Shown here: one piece after another, positions 30,818 through 32,000 of the stretch
How the letters are laid out: every line of letters begins with the position of its first letter
How positions within the stretch are numbered: position 1 is the first letter of the stretch
Source of the DNA: an uncultured bacterium
GTDB taxonomy: Bacteria > Margulisbacteria > WOR-1 > CAVSGV01
DNA: 32,000 nucleotides
Assembly (NCBI GenBank): GCA_963699255.1
Contig: OY969425.1
Coordinates: forward strand, 1,470,001 to 1,502,000
Direction: 5' to 3'
Position numbers and translations under genes: made by a program
Notes under the pieces: generated by a model
Databases searched by the model: none
Told to the model about the DNA's origin: nothing
Seen by the model: the letters and a program-made list of their open reading frames with translations, nothing else

Positions 30818-32000
30818 GTAACCAGGATACCGGAAAGATCATACGGGCCTGACCCCGTGATTTTTACCGAAACTATCTTTCCGTTCGGAACACATTTATT
30901 CAGCTTAACAACGCCGTCGATATCCGGCGCATCCATGTATGAGCGCCCGATACTTCCTTCTGCCAATACCTTGATAATTTTTCCTGCCATGTTCTTTAGA
31001 GACTTTGCAGAAATCTCGCGTTGCAAGCGCATTAACTTATGAAACCTTCGATCCTTTATCCGTTCGCCAATTTGATCCCCCATTTTGGCGGCGGGAGTAC
31101 CTGATTCCCTGCTGTACTTGAAAACCCCTAGTCTCTCAAACCTCTCTTCCCTGATAAATGCAAGTAATTTATTAAAATCGGAACCTGTTTCGCCTGGAAA
31201 ACCGACGATCACTGAAGTCCTTATCGCTATCCCCGGTATTTTCCTCCTTAGTTTTTTGATTACCCGTTTAAGTTGATCTGCGGATATCCTCCGCCTCATT
31301 AGCCGAAGAATCCTATCACAGGAATGCTGGATTGGCAAGTCCAGATATCGGCATATCTTGGGCTCTTTTGCCATCACTTCGATCAGCTCGTCCGTCACAT
31401 GGGCGGGATGCGCGTACATGATGCGGATCCACTTAAGACCCTTGATCCCGGCCAGTTTCCTGCATAATATATGTAAAGAGGGCTTTCCATAGATATCCGT
31501 GCCGTACATTGTCGTGTCCTGGGCGACCAGAATGGCCTCCTTCAATCCCTTTTTAACAAGGGCTTTGACCTCGCTGACTATCGATGGCATCGGGCGGCTC
31601 TGGTACTTTCCCCTCAGGCTGGGAACGATGCAGTAGGAGCAACGATTATTGCAGCCGTCGGCTATCTTAATATATGCGTAATATTTGGGGGTTGCTTTAA
31701 GCCTTGGCGTTTTATGGGTGAAAAGGCAGTGAGTTCCCTCAAGGAGCGAAACTCGGAACCTGCGACTAAACGTCGCGGTTCCGGAAGATAGTTTTTTGGA
31801 GCCGCGGCGTTCAGCCGCAGGCTCAGCACATCGGAGCTCGTTTAGTACATGGACTATCCTATCGATCTGGCCAGGGCCGACAATGGCGTCAACTTCCTCG
31901 AATTTATCGAACAGGTCGTTTTTGTCCCTTTTTGGGAGGCATCCGGCGACCACCAGGAACTTCAGCTTCGATGCCTTGGAACCTGCGACTGAAGTCGCGG
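30814..32000 (-). CDS. rimO: ribosomal protein S12 methylthiotransferase RimO (N-terminus outside the window)
   Basis: Radical-SAM motif GCNNRCSYC, an MTTase fold and a C-terminal TRAM domain with APDIDG are present. The frame stays open upstream of the GTG at 31953 to the window edge (..KLKFLVVAGCLPKR), so the true start lies beyond 32000. Confidence 0.85.
   Translation of the reverse strand, partial: ATSVAGSKASKLKFLVVAGCLPKRDKNDLFDKFEEVDAIVGPGQIDRIVHVLNELRCAEPAAERRGSKKLSSGTATFSRRFRVSLLEGTHCLFTHKTPRLKATPKYYAYIKIADGCNNRCSYCIVPSLRGKYQSRPMPSIVSEVKALVKKGLKEAILVAQDTTMYGTDIYGKPSLHILCRKLAGIKGLKWIRIMYAHPAHVTDELIEVMAKEPKICRYLDLPIQHSCDRILRLMRRRISADQLKRVIKKLRRKIPGIAIRTSVIVGFPGETGSDFNKLLAFIREERFERLGVFKYSRESGTPAAKMGDQIGERIKDRRFHKLMRLQREISAKSLKNMAGKIIKVLAEGSIGRSYMDAPDIDGVVKLNKCVPNGKIVSVKITGSGPYDLSGILVT
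31755..31782. repeat. bulged hairpin element H1 (GGAACCTGCGAC TAAAC GTCGCGGTTCC) inside rimO
   Basis: 11 bp of pairing with a single bulged T (31761), read directly. Confidence 0.8.
31798..31824. repeat. bulged hairpin element H2, same family as H1 in inverted orientation
   Basis: The reverse complement, GAGCCTGCGGC TGAAC GCCGCGGCTCC, aligns to H1. Two A-T pairs are replaced by G-C pairs. Confidence 0.8.
31978..32000. repeat. bulged hairpin element H3 (GGAACCTGCGAC TGAA GTCGCGG...), truncated by the window edge
   Basis: The left arm is identical to H1, and the right arm is identical as far as the window extends. Confidence 0.7.

Noticed and set aside
1-32000. Search for tRNA, rRNA or tmRNA genes, transposases, integrases, and prophage or plasmid genes
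   Set aside because: Intergenic regions are all 130 nt or shorter and none shows cloverleaf-compatible structure. No ORF shows DDE, tyrosine-recombinase or serine-recombinase motifs.

Overview
This 32-kb window is mostly housekeeping genes and looks like it comes from an uncultivated diderm bacterium (outer-membrane beta-barrel candidates, a LapA-domain protein, a periplasmic Slt). This origin is inference only. On the + strand: priA (3' end), def, fmt, then two paralogous genes I cannot assign to a known family, then secD, secF, uppP, a small EF-Tu-domain-2-like protein and a LarA-family protein. A convergent/divergent block follows: a UPF0280/ApbE-like protein, a metallophosphoesterase, hisB, a lapA-like gene, ruvB, slt, pcrA and two OMP paralogs. 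Then come mazG, ftsH, a formiminotransferase-like gene and valS on the + strand, and a long minus-strand operon rimO-pgsA-cinA-thpR-recA-rny-ymdB. I found no tRNA or rRNA genes, no CRISPR array and no transposase or integrase. Four things deserve a second look. (1) An AT-rich tandem pair of diverged HD-like/TPR paralogs (1935-4869) sits between fmt and secDF. Each copy has its own promoter-leader that is better conserved than the coding sequence. This is my best candidate for an undescribed function. (2) Short repeat families are inserted in frame into conserved genes: a 7-bp AAATCCC tract that splits a Cys pair in valS, an A-rich tract in mazG, and 27-nt bulged hairpins with compensatory substitutions in rimO. 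GC-rich CCCGCC...GGCGGG elements also supply the last codons of mazG and recA. (3) Four conserved genes (hisB, pcrA, ftsH, the formiminotransferase-like gene) each carry an apparent 1-nt frameshift. Assembly error is the most likely cause, but this cannot be settled from the sequence. (4) Several genes have a TATAAT-like box 7-9 nt upstream of the ATG and no Shine-Dalgarno, which suggests leaderless mRNAs. All functional calls rest on motif recognition by eye; no database search was run.
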